A stretch of DNA of 64,000 nucleotides from Escherichia phage F2, in sequence record NC_054913.1. One strand, given 5' to 3'. The notes beneath the pieces were generated by a model. The model saw only the letters and a program-made list of their open reading frames with translations, searched no databases and was not told where the DNA came from. The translations under genes and the position numbers were made by a program. Positions 1 to 11,080 of this stretch are shown here, piece after piece. Numbering within the stretch: position 1 is the first letter of the stretch; every line of letters begins with the position of its first letter.

Positions 1-546
1 ATCGAAAACCAGTTAGTTCGTAATCTTGACGAAGCTAAAGTGGTTTATAAAAAATATGTTGACCAAGGTCTTGAAGGTATTATCCTTAAAAACCGTGATT
101 CATACTGGGAAAACAAACGCTCTAAGAACCTAATTAAATTTAAAGAAGTTATTGATATCGCTTTAGAAGTTGTAGGATACTATGAACACTCTAAAGACCC
201 TAACAAATTAGGTGGTGTCGAACTCGTATCACGTTGTCGTCGTATTACAACCGATTGTGGTTCAGGGTTTAAAGATACAACTCATAAAACAGTTGATGGT
301 GTAAAGGTTCTTATTCCTTTAGATGAGCGTCATGATTTGGACCGTGAACGATTAATGACCGAAGCTCGTGAAGGTAAATTGATTGGACGTATTGCTGATT
401 GTGAATGCAATGGTTGGGTTCATTCTAAAGGACGTGAAGGCACTGTAGGTATTTTCCTTCCAATTATTAAAGGGTTCCGTTTTGATAAAACAGAAGCGGA
501 TTCGTTTGAAGACGTATTTGGACCGTGGTCCCAGACAGGTTTATAA
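1..546 (+). CDS. 30: DNA ligase (gp30), C-terminal part; 5' end lies outside the window
   Basis: Frame open from position 1 to stop at 544-546; translation matches the T4 DNA ligase C-terminus as I recall it; position next to alt as in T4. Confidence 0.85.
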   Translation: MENQLVRNLDEAKVVYKKYVDQGLEGIILKNRDSYWENKRSKNLIKFKEVIDIALEVVGYYEHSKDPNKLGGVELVSRCRRITTDCGSGFKDTTHKTVDGVKVLIPLDERHDLDRERLMTEAREGKLIGRIADCECNGWVHSKGREGTVGIFLPIIKGFRFDKTEADSFEDVFGPWSQTGL

Positions 547-734
547 TGAAAGCTTATTTAGAAACAGTTATTGTAGCTAAGAAGGATGGTGGAGATGTTT
601 CCACCTCTTGCTCTCAGATTATATTAGATTTTCCTAATGAAAATTCGTATCGGGTTTTCGTAGATAACGTTAATGGGTACGAAAAAGGCCCTAATTTTGA
701 AGTTTATCGTACTTTGCTCCCGATTGTGGATTAA
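546..734 (+). CDS. small hypothetical protein (alt.1-like position), 62 aa
   Basis: ATG at 546 overlaps the ligase stop (TAATG); ORF MKAYLETV...; followed by a terminator hairpin. Confidence 0.55.
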   Translation: MKAYLETVIVAKKDGGDVSTSCSQIILDFPNENSYRVFVDNVNGYEKGPNFEVYRTLLPIVD

Positions 735-755
735 GAGCCTTCGGGCTCTTTTTGG
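733..755 (+). terminator. rho-independent terminator hairpin (UUCG loop) with T-tract
   Basis: aagagcc-ttcg-ggctctt followed by tttt. Confidence 0.6.
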
Positions 756-789
756 CATAAATATAAATTATTACTAAAAGGAAAACACT

Positions 790-2877
790 ATGTCTGAACA
801 ATTAAATGAAGTGTTTGAATCTGAAGGCAGTCTTCCTGTCGTCAATTTGAACCCTAAAGCTAAAGTTCCACAAGTCTGGAAAATTGGTGATATCGATACA
901 AACATCGTAGTTCGCTTATTCTCTTACCTTTCTGAAGGCGATGCTGTAAAACAAGTTAAACTTGGCGACAAATACGCTCATGTTGTTATTATGAGTCTGT
1001 CTGAAAAGGGTAATCTCGCTGAATTGAAAAATGGCCTTGGTCCTGCTCCTATTGATGCAATCAACACCATTTTCAATACGGTATATGAACAGGTTAAAGC
1101 TCTTCGTATGGATGCAGTTCTGTTCCGGTTCCCTACCAAGAAATTGAAAGGACGTGGACAACAGCTTCAAACTCTTCTTGCTCGTTTAGTTTCTACTAAA
1201 ACTGGCGGTCGTTTTAAAGTATTGTCAGCAATGTATCAATTCACAGGTAAACACACCTATGTGATGATGGTTCGTAAAAATGCCAACATTGAAGATATTA
1301 AAGGCATCCCTAACATTAACACAGAGTTGTACACGAAAGTAGATTCTGATGTTGGCGAAGTTTATGTGAGTAAAAAGACTGGTGAAATGGTCACCAAAGA
1401 AGCGGCTATCGCTGGTTCTATTGCTGCTGTAGAAGAAAAACGTAAAGATAAGCCTGTTATTGCTCGTACTAAAATTTCTCGTCGTGCTATTGCAGCAAGT
1501 CAATCTTTAGAAGCTGACCGCCAAGAAGGTGAGTTATTCCAGAAATACGAAAATTCTGCTAAAGAAGTTAGTGGCCCAGCTACAGCCGAATTACTTCCTG
1601 AAGCATATGAAATCGTACTAGCCCAAGCATCGTCCACAGCAAAAGGCACTTTAGTTGCTGATATCGAAAATAAGATTTATAATCGTATTGATGAATCCTT
1701 TAGATTTGCTGATGAAGTTTCTTATGGTAGTGTTATTAAGCCAACTTTAGAAAAGTTTGCTAAGAAAATTAAAACTGAAAAAACAACATCTGTTAAAGCA
1801 TTAGCTGCTTTTGTTGAAGCTGCAAATGAAATTGCAGACTCTATTAAAGACGAATGGTTTGAAGATTTTAGACGTGATAATTTCCAACTGGCCGACGACG
1901 TTTTAGCTGAAGTATCTGAAAAAACTTGGAAACAACGTAAATCAGCGTTCTTGTCTAATGTGATGTATACTTATGCACGAGAATCGGCTAGAGGCACCTT
2001 TAATATAACAATGAATCGGGACCCTAAACAATACTCTGTTGCTGAAAAACGAGCTATTCGTGAATATGCCTCTTCTGCGTATACCGATATCAATAATATG
2101 TTGTTAGGTCGTTATAAACCAGATTTTTACGATGTTGCAGATGAAGATGAAGTTAAACGCGCTATTGATGGTCTTGATTCGGCGTTTTTAAATGGAGACC
2201 GTTTACCTGAAGGACTAACGTTATATAGAGCCCAGTCTATCAGAATGCCTATTTACGAAGCAATGGTTAAAAATAAGGTATTCTACTTCAGAAACTATGT
2301 TTCCACTTCACTAGCTCCTATTATTTTCGGTGGGTTTAAAGAGAACGTTGCCCTTGGACTTGCTCCTGAAGAAGTTCGCAAAGAGCTTAACATTGACAAT
2401 AATGACGAAGGTGTTACTATTTCTCCTAGTCAAGTAAGAACAGCTATGCATGCACCAGACCAAATCCGTGTTAACGTTGGATGGGCTATTGATGGCGCCC
2501 ATAAAGTTAACGTGATTTATCCTGGACAGTTGAGTAATCACCCTAATGAGCAAGAAATTATTTTGCCTAGAGGCATTCTCTTGCAGATAAATAAAATTAC
2601 GGATGCGTCATCTGACACTGGTGCAGGTTTAGAATCCAACCTTAAATTTATTCAAGCTGAAGTCATGTCCTCAGACCAGTTGGACGAAGTTGTCATTTAC
2701 GATGGTGATGTTCTCATGGAAACAGGCGAGGTGGTTGCTATGACTGGTGAAATCGAATCAGATGAGCCGATATCGTTCTCCTCATTTGTAGAAAAAACTA
2801 GTGCTCCTAAAGGATTGAAATTGTTAGCATCTTTAATGGATTTAGAATCAGTTCCGTTTAAATTTGTCCAAGGATAG
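790..2877 (+). CDS. alt: Alt ADP-ribosyltransferase (virion-packaged, modifies host RNA polymerase), 695 aa
   Basis: 695-aa ORF with AGGA-type RBS; N-terminus and length match my recollection of T4 Alt; synteny between gene 30 and gene 54. Confidence 0.85.
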   Translation: MSEQLNEVFESEGSLPVVNLNPKAKVPQVWKIGDIDTNIVVRLFSYLSEGDAVKQVKLGDKYAHVVIMSLSEKGNLAELKNGLGPAPIDAINTIFNTVYEQVKALRMDAVLFRFPTKKLKGRGQQLQTLLARLVSTKTGGRFKVLSAMYQFTGKHTYVMMVRKNANIEDIKGIPNINTELYTKVDSDVGEVYVSKKTGEMVTKEAAIAGSIAAVEEKRKDKPVIARTKISRRAIAASQSLEADRQEGELFQKYENSAKEVSGPATAELLPEAYEIVLAQASSTAKGTLVADIENKIYNRIDESFRFADEVSYGSVIKPTLEKFAKKIKTEKTTSVKALAAFVEAANEIADSIKDEWFEDFRRDNFQLADDVLAEVSEKTWKQRKSAFLSNVMYTYARESARGTFNITMNRDPKQYSVAEKRAIREYASSAYTDINNMLLGRYKPDFYDVADEDEVKRAIDGLDSAFLNGDRLPEGLTLYRAQSIRMPIYEAMVKNKVFYFRNYVSTSLAPIIFGGFKENVALGLAPEEVRKELNIDNNDEGVTISPSQVRTAMHAPDQIRVNVGWAIDGAHKVNVIYPGQLSNHPNEQEIILPRGILLQINKITDASSDTGAGLESNLKFIQAEVMSSDQLDEVVIYDGDVLMETGEVVAMTGEIESDEPISFSSFVEKTSAPKGLKLLASLMDLESVPFKFVQG

Positions 2878-2911
2878 TTTACAAACACATGGATGTGTGA
2901 TACTATCATCC
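2877..2911 (+). promoter_or_regulatory. early sigma70-type promoter (GTTTAC, 18 nt, TACTAT) with flanking inverted repeat (PeSL-like)
   Basis: gtttac at 2877-2882 overlapping the alt stop codon, tactat at 2901-2906, arms ggatg/catcc around the -10. Confidence 0.55.
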
Positions 2912-2935
2912 CATCAACAACACGAGGAAAACGTT

Positions 2936-3229
2936 ATGAAATCTATGCTTCGCTTTAATGGTCAAGAACTAGTAGTTGAAGATGTTATCCCAGCGGATGA
3001 TGCTTTTAACGAAGCTGTGATTGACGAATTGAATCGAGTATTCCCAGGTGCATTCCATATTGCTATGGAACCTCTTAAAAACTTTCGTGACCCTGAACAC
3101 ACTGATCAAATTTTTGTCGGTGTAGTGACGGGTCATTTAGAAACAGAGGTACCAATGGTCGTATTAGTTAAATACTCTAAAGATGATACTCCATTCCGAG
3201 CACCAGCATTCCTTTCATTCCGTAAATAA
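2936..3229 (+). CDS. alt.-1-like hypothetical protein, 97 aa
   Basis: ATG at 2936 with GAGGA RBS; downstream of alt as in T4. Confidence 0.6.
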   Translation: MKSMLRFNGQELVVEDVIPADDAFNEAVIDELNRVFPGAFHIAMEPLKNFRDPEHTDQIFVGVVTGHLETEVPMVVLVKYSKDDTPFRAPAFLSFRK

Positions 3230-3236
3230 ACCCCTA

Positions 3237-3262
3237 AAGGGAGACGTTGTCTCCCTTTTTCT
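3237..3262. terminator. hairpin terminator between convergent alt.-1 and gene 54
   Basis: gggagac-loop-gtctccc followed by ttttt on the plus strand. Confidence 0.55.
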
Positions 3263-4225
3263 TTATAGTCCTAAAACTCTTGACGCAGAATTCACCACAC
3301 CTGTCAATGTGTTTATATTAGACACACCTCCAGCAGTCCCACCTAATCTAGAAAGTCTTGATACTGCACTTCCTAGACCAGAATCATTCTGATTATTTCC
3401 AAACATTCCTGAAACACTACTAATAAGTCCTGATTCCAGCCATTCTAAAGCAGCCTGTCTATTTACAGCACCTGATTGCATAACGCGATAAGCAAATGTT
3501 ACATCAAAAACTGTTATCTGATTATCACCGTCATACGTTAACTCAGGAGAAGAGACACTAACAGGAATACATCCAGTGAACATGACAGCGGTATGTGGTA
3601 AACCATTTCGTGCATGTAAATTAACCTGAATATCTGCTTCGACGTCTTGTGGTAAAGCACGAAGACCTGTTACAGGGTCTTGGACTGAGTTTACCCAGTC
3701 TTGCATTGCTCTAAAGTTAGATGCTTCGGAATCCATTCTAAAGCTTATTACTAACGGGTCCATTTCACGGCCGGTAATTCGGATGTTCGGTGAGTTATAG
3801 TTGAAATCTGTTTCATAAGATAATCGGTTCTCAGGCATTTTTACAGAATAAATCATTAAACCTGTATTATTATATGCCATATTGAAGAAGTCTATCAGAT
3901 AAGATCCTACTGTGAACTCGCCTAACAAGCTTTGTACCGTACGTTGACTCATTGCTCCAATCAGATATTTACTTACACCTGATTTTCGAATTAATTTCTG
4001 TGTTCCTGCTGTAATCAGGGTTGTTACGCCCTGATTGATATCACCTTGAGTCAATCCTAGCCAATCAGAATCCAACCCTAAGTTATTATAAGCAAAACTA
4101 CCAATTGACGAAATTAGTGAAGATGATTTAGTCGACGGTGTAGTAGCAAATACACAACTAAACATATTGTTTCGTTGGAAATCTGCATTTATAGCTTGGT
4201 TATTAAATTCTTCTAAAGAGTACAT
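3263..4225 (-). CDS. 54: gp54 baseplate tail-tube initiator, 320 aa
   Basis: Length and synteny with T4 gene 54; overlaps gene 48 stop/start. Confidence 0.85.
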   Translation of the reverse strand: MYSLEEFNNQAINADFQRNNMFSCVFATTPSTKSSSLISSIGSFAYNNLGLDSDWLGLTQGDINQGVTTLITAGTQKLIRKSGVSKYLIGAMSQRTVQSLLGEFTVGSYLIDFFNMAYNNTGLMIYSVKMPENRLSYETDFNYNSPNIRITGREMDPLVISFRMDSEASNFRAMQDWVNSVQDPVTGLRALPQDVEADIQVNLHARNGLPHTAVMFTGCIPVSVSSPELTYDGDNQITVFDVTFAYRVMQSGAVNRQAALEWLESGLISSVSGMFGNNQNDSGLGSAVSRLSRLGGTAGGVSNINTLTGVVNSASRVLGL

Positions 4226-5334
4226 TAGAAAGTCCCCGCATAAAGTGAAGAACGGTTTAATGTAATAATTTCTCGCATTGTTATCTCTAACGTAAATGTT
4301 GACGGTAAGTTAGGAGCAACAGCAAGACCATTAAATTGTCCATTTGGAGTTTTATCAAAACGTACGCTTTGAATTTGGCATGGGCCAAATACGTCAGTTA
4401 ATCCATCAAATTTAGACGTATAACCAAAGTTTTTAACCATCCAAATTGTAGGGTTGCTTACAACTAATACGTTTGTTAATGACGCAGTAATCTTTTCAAA
4501 CAACGTCTTATTTTTTACTGCATCATCCGGCGTCATAGGCTCAATAAACGTTGAACGGTACCATTCGTCTAAATAACTTTTAATCTCTTGGGCGTACTGT
4601 GATTTACCGGTCTCACCATATGAGAAATAGTTAAAATACTGGTAAATGTTTATAATAGCCATAAGGTCTTCAGTTGAACGTGGAGTTAAATCCCATGTAA
4701 AGACTTTAGTACGGTTCTCAGCACCACCATACATACTACGAGAAGTCGTATAAATCTGTTCGTTATTATCAGCCATAAGCCCTTGAGTAATAGAATCTAA
4801 TGCACCAAAAACTGCAGTAGAAGCAATGTTACTTAAAACACCCGTAGCAGTACCTCCACCTTTAGTAATAAGGCTATCACCAACATCATTAAAACGATGT
4901 GAAGTTGTATCAACGTCAGATTTGGAACGCGGCAAAAGTATATTAGCAACAGGAGTTTTATTTATAGTAGGTTTATTAGCTCCGGCAGGAAGCAACCCAT
5001 TAGAGAATTTAGTCACTGCATCTTTCACATTATCAGTTAAATCTGATATGATACCATTAGATGAAGTGCCGGCGTATGCCGGACGTAAATTCCTGAGGGA
5101 TCCTGAATCGCGTGCAGACATATTGTACGCGGTAAATAATAATCCATTCTTATAAAGGTCTGTTACCTGGAAGTCTCCTGTGGAGTCATTTCCGGCTGCT
5201 CTTCCTGTAGGAAATTGAGCAACATAAGTTTTAGTAGTTGTTTCGGTTTTAGTGCTTTGCCCAGCACTTTCTGAGACTGGGATTGCTTTATTTAAATCCT
5301 TTGCATCTACTACTATTTCTTTTACACTAATCAT
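4225..5334 (-). CDS. 48: gp48 baseplate tail-tube junction protein, 369 aa
   Basis: Length and synteny with T4 gene 48. Confidence 0.85.
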   Translation of the reverse strand: MISVKEIVVDAKDLNKAIPVSESAGQSTKTETTTKTYVAQFPTGRAAGNDSTGDFQVTDLYKNGLLFTAYNMSARDSGSLRNLRPAYAGTSSNGIISDLTDNVKDAVTKFSNGLLPAGANKPTINKTPVANILLPRSKSDVDTTSHRFNDVGDSLITKGGGTATGVLSNIASTAVFGALDSITQGLMADNNEQIYTTSRSMYGGAENRTKVFTWDLTPRSTEDLMAIINIYQYFNYFSYGETGKSQYAQEIKSYLDEWYRSTFIEPMTPDDAVKNKTLFEKITASLTNVLVVSNPTIWMVKNFGYTSKFDGLTDVFGPCQIQSVRFDKTPNGQFNGLAVAPNLPSTFTLEITMREIITLNRSSLYAGTF

Positions 5335-5342
5335 GATAATCC

Positions 5343-7115
5343 TTAATTAACACCGGTGGCATGGAAAATTCCAGGAGCCGTTGTACTTGTTACAGGGGTC
5401 ATATTCTGGACTACGGTATTCTTTTTGACGACATTATTTGTGTTACTAATCGCCGCTACCGGTTGCTGTTGTTTAGATTCAGAAGCACGTCCTTTCTCTA
5501 TTGACTGAACTTGTTTTGCTTCAGGAGATTTAGTCGAAGATTCAGGCTTAACTGTTGTCTGGGCTTTTTTGGCTTCAGCCATTTTATTATTTAGCTTTTC
5601 AAATCTAGCATCCAATTCCTTTTTAACAACAGGAGTTTTATTAAGTTCAGGGTCTTTAATAAGTTTACTTAAATCAGCATAAGACTTCTCGACGTTTTTA
5701 GCATTTTCTGGATTAGTCATATCGATTTTATCGATATAATCCTCAAATCTAACTAGTGCCGCACGAGTTTCATTAGCTTTTATATACGCCTCTTTACGCT
5801 CCTCTTCAGGTAACTCTTTTAATTTTGCTGATTCCGCAGCACGCTCATCGCTTGTACTAAACTCTTCTTTATTGTCATTACCACGAACCCAGTTAGTAAC
5901 GAATGTTTTGCCGCGTTGTAACATATCAAGACCTTTAGAAACGGTTCCTAATTCCCCATCGTCACGCTTCATTTGATATTTAGCGACTTTCTCTTGGTCT
6001 TCTTTCTTTAATGTGTTCCCAGTAGTTTCTTGGAATCCTTCCAAAGCACGTCCTTCTATTTCGTCTGCGGTATCACCAAAACCTATAGCACGCAATATAG
6101 ACGCGGAGAGTTTAGCCATTCCTAATTGAATTAGTTCACCTAAGTTCATTAATGCTGTTCCTACACCTTTGACAATAGCAACGGTTAAACCACCCCAGTC
6201 TCCAGCTTCCCACAATTGTTTTATAGAGTCAATAGAAGTGAATATATCACTTAAGAATTTACCCCACTCTTTAGCTTCATCGGAGAATTTAGTAAAGTTT
6301 TCATCAAATAAATCCCAGGCAGAAGTGAACTTGTCTGTCCAATATTTGAAATGGACTATCAATAAATCAATACCGATAACAATACCAAGAATAAGTGCGG
6401 CCATTTTTGCTGCTTCAATAGCAGCCGTTATAGTGTATTTGAAAAGCATTCCAGCAATTCTGTCAGAAATTGATATTGATTTATTAAACCCGGCTTGAAC
6501 TGTTTTGGTGAGCATTGCAATTTTATCGCTCAATTTAAAGCTAATCCCGCCTTTAGAATCAGAAGTAGAATTAGCACTTTCTTGAACCGGGGCTGGGAAG
6601 AAATCTTCGTCTGGCTTATTATCAATCTTTTCAGGTGTAGGTAATGCTTTAAACAGCTCATCATAAGTTTCATTCTCAACCACTTTAACAGGTATTGCGT
6701 TCTCAATTACTTCAAGAGAGGTGCCTCCTGTATTTTGAATAGCGGTAGATGTTTGTAATTTTTGCTCTAATAATGTAGCTAATCGGTCTAACTTGGAGCT
6801 TATTGCACTAGAAACTTCGTTTATACTTTTAGTGACTTCAGTTTGTTTTTCAATAACTTCTGCGATAAGCTCTGTGCCTTCAGCAGTATTATCTGTCGAA
6901 TTCTTTAAGTCTCCAATTGATTCAATAATTCCATTGCCTTTATCTTCTACACTTTGTGATGTGAGTTCAGACGCGGCTTGGACATCGTCTAGTTTTGATG
7001 AAATATCATTCAATGCTTCTAATGAATCAGTAGCTGCTGTTGCAGCTACTTTTTGTGGTTTATTATCGGCAATGACCTTATTTCTACGCATGGATTTCAT
7101 TTCTTCAGGTTTCAT
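5343..7115 (-). CDS. 29: gp29 tail tape-measure / baseplate hub protein, 590 aa
   Basis: 590 aa as in T4 gp29; synteny. Confidence 0.85.
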   Translation of the reverse strand: MKPEEMKSMRRNKVIADNKPQKVAATAATDSLEALNDISSKLDDVQAASELTSQSVEDKGNGIIESIGDLKNSTDNTAEGTELIAEVIEKQTEVTKSINEVSSAISSKLDRLATLLEQKLQTSTAIQNTGGTSLEVIENAIPVKVVENETYDELFKALPTPEKIDNKPDEDFFPAPVQESANSTSDSKGGISFKLSDKIAMLTKTVQAGFNKSISISDRIAGMLFKYTITAAIEAAKMAALILGIVIGIDLLIVHFKYWTDKFTSAWDLFDENFTKFSDEAKEWGKFLSDIFTSIDSIKQLWEAGDWGGLTVAIVKGVGTALMNLGELIQLGMAKLSASILRAIGFGDTADEIEGRALEGFQETTGNTLKKEDQEKVAKYQMKRDDGELGTVSKGLDMLQRGKTFVTNWVRGNDNKEEFSTSDERAAESAKLKELPEEERKEAYIKANETRAALVRFEDYIDKIDMTNPENAKNVEKSYADLSKLIKDPELNKTPVVKKELDARFEKLNNKMAEAKKAQTTVKPESSTKSPEAKQVQSIEKGRASESKQQQPVAAISNTNNVVKKNTVVQNMTPVTSTTAPGIFHATGVN

Positions 7116-7645
7116 TCAAGCAATCCAATAATTTCTGCTATACCCTTAATAGGGCCATTAGGGCCTGGAATAGCAATAGTTGTCGAAAGGTCTTCTGCCC
7201 ATTTGATTACAAAAGCAGGCATCTCAAGGAAAGAAATTTCTTTCTCTTCGTCATTAACTTTTATTAAGCAATTTGATAGCATTTCACTGATTGTAGCGAA
7301 TTGTTCAAATTTGCCTGGGGGTCTAAAATAAAAAGTATTACCTTGAAATTGGAATTCTGTTCGTTGGCATACATAGACGTCATCTAGTTTATAAGTGAAT
7401 CCATCTTTTTCAACTTCAGACTTAAGTTTGTTATTAAATTCCAATATGTGTAGACATGCAAAATCAAAATCTGCTGGACTCATATTTTTACAAATAGAAT
7501 CTGCTAAGATTTTCATGTTTTCATCAGGGCCTTTAACGTCCTTTAAAAGATTATAATGTTTGAGCCCTAATTTGGGAATCATTACCTTTTTATTAGACTG
7601 TGGTAGAATTATTTTCTTTAGAGGTAGAATCAGATTTAAGTTCAT
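7112..7645 (-). CDS. 28: gp28 baseplate hub distal subunit, 177 aa
   Basis: 177 aa as in T4 gp28; start overlaps the 3' end of gene 27 by about 50 nt, an internal Met at 7582 is an alternative start. Confidence 0.8.
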   Translation of the reverse strand: MNLNLILPLKKIILPQSNKKVMIPKLGLKHYNLLKDVKGPDENMKILADSICKNMSPADFDFACLHILEFNNKLKSEVEKDGFTYKLDDVYVCQRTEFQFQGNTFYFRPPGKFEQFATISEMLSNCLIKVNDEEKEISFLEMPAFVIKWAEDLSTTIAIPGPNGPIKGIAEIIGLLE

Positions 7646-8765
7646 TTTTAACCTTAACTGGGTTAACAGGTTCTAACACCATTGAGTTGGTAAACATGTA
7701 CAGATGAGTTTGTGAGTTGTTATTTGATAACTCATGAATAACTTCATCCACGTAAAATTCGGATTTGAATTGGTTCTTTTGGTCGACAAATATAATTTTA
7801 GTAGCAGGCGTTATGTTAAAATTACCTGTAGTAGTGCATTTAGCATATCCGTCGTATTGAGCCATTGTCTGAAGACGACTTGCTTCTTCAAATCCATTAC
7901 GATAGGTCATTTCTGAATATCCACCTGATCTTGACACAAGAATAGCATTATCACCATCACCTGTAACAATAACCGGAATAGATGTATCTAAAAATGAATG
8001 AGCGAATATCGTGGCGTTTTTAATAGGGTCTCTTGTAAATTGGTTAGCTTTAGTCATCCAGGTGAAATCCCATACTAATGGATACTCAAGCTCTTGAATA
8101 TACTGACCTACAGTATTTGGCTCGCCTACAACCATCTTAATGCCTTCCTGACCAATAAGAGTATCATAGTCAATCATGTTTACGCCTAAAATATCTTGCC
8201 ATACGAATACGAACTTATCACTCGCTGTAGCAAGTCCTAATTCTCTGACATATGCCAAATAATCGTCAAATGTGCTTGTCCAAGGGATATCAGGAACATA
8301 AGCATTAATAGTGTTTATTGGCGGAGTAATTAACGTACGGTCTTTATATATGACACCTAACATTTCACGTATAGATTCTCCTGCGTCTGAGAAGAATGGT
8401 CGCCCAAATTTAAGATTCTCTATAGAATGTATTGTTCCAAGCTCAATTGCAATAATATTGTCACCTTTTGAGTCCACAGACACAGAATAATGTCTACATC
8501 CATAAATTCGAGTTCTAACTTGGAGAGGTGTGTTTGAATTTGAAACAGAGATTTGAACTATCTGTCTACCGTCCATTTTAGTGTGGATGTTTTTAGTGTC
8601 ATAAAATTGAAGAATCCCTTCATTTCTTCCATATAGCGAATCTCGCATGGTTAAAGTTGTTATTGTTGCTGCGAGTTCAACGTATCTATTTTCTTGCCAA
8701 GCCGAATAATCTTGGTATAATTTAACGCTTAAGTTAGGATATCCTGGACGTTGGAATACTGTCAT
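7593..8765 (-). CDS. 27: gp27 baseplate hub subunit, 390 aa
   Basis: Length and synteny with T4 gene 27. Confidence 0.85.
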   Translation of the reverse strand: MTVFQRPGYPNLSVKLYQDYSAWQENRYVELAATITTLTMRDSLYGRNEGILQFYDTKNIHTKMDGRQIVQISVSNSNTPLQVRTRIYGCRHYSVSVDSKGDNIIAIELGTIHSIENLKFGRPFFSDAGESIREMLGVIYKDRTLITPPINTINAYVPDIPWTSTFDDYLAYVRELGLATASDKFVFVWQDILGVNMIDYDTLIGQEGIKMVVGEPNTVGQYIQELEYPLVWDFTWMTKANQFTRDPIKNATIFAHSFLDTSIPVIVTGDGDNAILVSRSGGYSEMTYRNGFEEASRLQTMAQYDGYAKCTTTGNFNITPATKIIFVDQKNQFKSEFYVDEVIHELSNNNSQTHLYMFTNSMVLEPVNPVKVKNELKSDSTSKENNSTTV

Positions 8766-9514
8766 TTTTTATGGTCCTTTTCTACTAATGTTAAAGCAAT
8801 ACCACGTTCAACAGGAATCATTTGCATAATAGAATCCAATGTGTATTGACTCTTTACTAGTGAATGGTTTATCTGATAGAATGTAAAAATCTCATCAGGG
8901 TTAACTAACAATTTAAAAACCTCTAAGATATCAGTATATGTTTTAACATGGCGTTCACAACAACCTAATCTAAGGGTCAAATTAATAGGGTTCATAGAAG
9001 CAATAACCTTCTCGAGAGAGTCAATGTCTATTGCTTCTATTACTTGGATTTGGTTCTCTTCAGTCAAATCATTCCATGGGTACCATTCATCATTATAATA
9101 TATTTCTTTTATGTTTTCACTTATCATTAATGCTTTATTGTCATAAAACTTTTCAGGGAAAGAAAAACGTATTTTTATACCAGCAACATCAAGTTCAGGT
9201 TCGACTAGTTCTTTTTGATATATCTCAAATGGTGCAGTTTTTTCTTTAGAGCATTTAGGGCAAGTGAAAATAACGGGAACTTTTGTTTTGCCTATAGAGC
9301 CTGCAAAAACTTGCAGGAATATAAATGGTTGCCATGTTTTAGGGTACTCGCCAAAATAATCATCAATCAGATCGGCAATTATTTCTTTTTGTTCTTGCGG
9401 CGAACGATGTTCGATATCATTTCTAACTAGTAAAAAGTCTCTATAATCCGCCACAGTGAACGGCTTAAAACGATGAACACCATCCGGTAATTTACAACGA
9501 ATTATATTAGCCAT
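8762..9514 (-). CDS. 51: gp51 baseplate hub assembly catalyst, 250 aa
   Basis: Length and synteny; divergent from gene 26. Confidence 0.85.
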   Translation of the reverse strand: MANIIRCKLPDGVHRFKPFTVADYRDFLLVRNDIEHRSPQEQKEIIADLIDDYFGEYPKTWQPFIFLQVFAGSIGKTKVPVIFTCPKCSKEKTAPFEIYQKELVEPELDVAGIKIRFSFPEKFYDNKALMISENIKEIYYNDEWYPWNDLTEENQIQVIEAIDIDSLEKVIASMNPINLTLRLGCCERHVKTYTDILEVFKLLVNPDEIFTFYQINHSLVKSQYTLDSIMQMIPVERGIALTLVEKDHKK

Positions 9515-9531
9515 AATTACTCCTTTTCTAT

Positions 9532-9543
9532 TATTTATAAATA
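9532..9543. promoter_or_regulatory. palindromic divergent late promoters (TATTTATAAATA) for gene 51 (minus) and gene 26 (plus)
   Basis: TATAAATA on the plus strand at 9536-9543 and on the minus strand at 9532-9539, between divergent late genes. Confidence 0.7.
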
Positions 9544-9561
9544 CACAATAAAGGAGTTAAC

Positions 9562-10188
9562 ATGTACAAATATACGTTTACCGTACGTTTAGGCGATAAA
9601 GAAGTGAATTGTAGAGCCTTTACTTTAAAAGAATATTTAGGACTCATAGGTGCGCGGGCTACCGGTACTATTGAATCAGCAGTGAACAATATTATCACTA
9701 ATTGCTCTAACGCTAAAAACTTGACTAAACAAGAAGCCGAGCTATTGTTGGTAAATCTGTGGGCACATTCGTTAGGTGAAGTGAATCAAGAACACACCTG
9801 GAATTGTTCCTGTGGGCATTCATTTCAAGTCTATATGAATTTATTGCACACTCAATTAGATGAACAGGCCGATCCCTGGTATTCGTTCAGCGGTATTAAA
9901 ATTAAATTCCGTCAACCTAAATTATTTGACGATAAAAATATCGCATTAATGATTGCTTCATGTATTGAGGCCGTTTTTGTCAATGGAGAGTCCATCCCTG
10001 TTGAAGATTTAACTGAAGCAGAAATAAACGACCTTTACGGCCTTATAACAGAAGATGACATGATCAATATTAAAAATCTTTTAGTATCGCCATCAATTTA
10101 TCTGGCAACCCCTATTAAATGTCCCAAATGTGGGGCGTCACACGTTCACACAATACGAGGCCTCAAAGAATTCTTTGAGTTACTATAA
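9562..10188 (+). CDS. 26: gp26 baseplate hub subunit, 208 aa
   Basis: 208 aa as in T4; AGGAG RBS; synteny. Confidence 0.85.
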   Translation: MYKYTFTVRLGDKEVNCRAFTLKEYLGLIGARATGTIESAVNNIITNCSNAKNLTKQEAELLLVNLWAHSLGEVNQEHTWNCSCGHSFQVYMNLLHTQLDEQADPWYSFSGIKIKFRQPKLFDDKNIALMIASCIEAVFVNGESIPVEDLTEAEINDLYGLITEDDMINIKNLLVSPSIYLATPIKCPKCGASHVHTIRGLKEFFELL

Positions 10189-10586
10189 TGTCTAATATCA
10201 ATAAACTTTATTCAGATATCGACCCAGAAATGCGTATGGATTGGAACAAGGACGTTGCTCGTTCTGTAGGACTTCGTTCTATTAAAAATAGTCTTCTTGG
10301 CATAGTGACAACTAGAAAAGGCTCACGCCCCTTCGACCCTGAATTTGGATGCGATTTGGTCGACGAACTTTTCGAGAACATGACACCACTTACAGCCGAT
10401 ACGATTGAGCGTAATATCCAGGCAGCTGTTCGTAACTATGAGCCACGCATCGACAAACTTTCTGTGAGTGTAACGCCAGTATATGATGACTATACGGTTA
10501 TAGTAGAGATTAGATTTTCGGTCGTAGACAACCCTGACGATATTGAACAAATTAAACTTCAGTTAGCGTCAAGCAATAGAGTGTAA
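10188..10586 (+). CDS. 25: gp25 baseplate wedge subunit, 132 aa
   Basis: 132 aa as in T4; ATGA overlap with gene 26. Confidence 0.85.
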   Translation: MSNINKLYSDIDPEMRMDWNKDVARSVGLRSIKNSLLGIVTTRKGSRPFDPEFGCDLVDELFENMTPLTADTIERNIQAAVRNYEPRIDKLSVSVTPVYDDYTVIVEIRFSVVDNPDDIEQIKLQLASSNRV

Positions 10587-10611
10587 TGCTTCAAGGCAAC
10601 CTATGTATAAT
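10587..10611 (+). promoter_or_regulatory. MotA-dependent middle promoter upstream of uvsY
   Basis: MotA-box-like tgcttca at 10587-10593, 12 nt spacer, tataat at 10606-10611. Confidence 0.6.
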
Positions 10612-10666
10612 GGTTTTAGGTCCTTCCGATACAGCCGGGAGATTATTAGTTAAAAGAGAGAACATT

Positions 10667-11080
10667 ATGAAGCTGGAAGATTTACAGGAAGAGTTAGACG
10701 CAGACTTAGCTATTGATACGACAAAGTTGCAATATGAGACTGCGAATAATGTTAAGTTATACAGCAAATGGCTACGTAAGCACTCATTTATTCGTAAAGA
10801 AATGTTGCGTATAGAGACTCAGAAGAAAACTGCTCTAAAAGCAAGATTAGACTACTACTCGGGACGAGGTGACGGTGATGAATTCAGTATGGACCGATAC
10901 GAGAAGTCTGAAATGAAAACTGTCCTGGCTGCAGATAAAGATGTGCTTAAAATAGAGACTACTTTACAATACTGGGGAATTTTACTTGAGTTCTGTAGTG
11001 GTGCACTTGACGCAGTTAAGTCTCGTAGTTTTGCACTTAAACATATCCAAGATATGCGAGAATTTGAAGCGGGGCAATAA
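10667..11080 (+). CDS. uvsY: UvsY recombination mediator, 137 aa
   Basis: Translation from the ATG at 10667 (MKLEDLQEEL...) is recognisably T4 UvsY; the ORF-track start at 10586 is an upstream in-frame extension. Confidence 0.9.
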   Translation: MKLEDLQEELDADLAIDTTKLQYETANNVKLYSKWLRKHSFIRKEMLRIETQKKTALKARLDYYSGRGDGDEFSMDRYEKSEMKTVLAADKDVLKIETTLQYWGILLEFCSGALDAVKSRSFALKHIQDMREFEAGQ

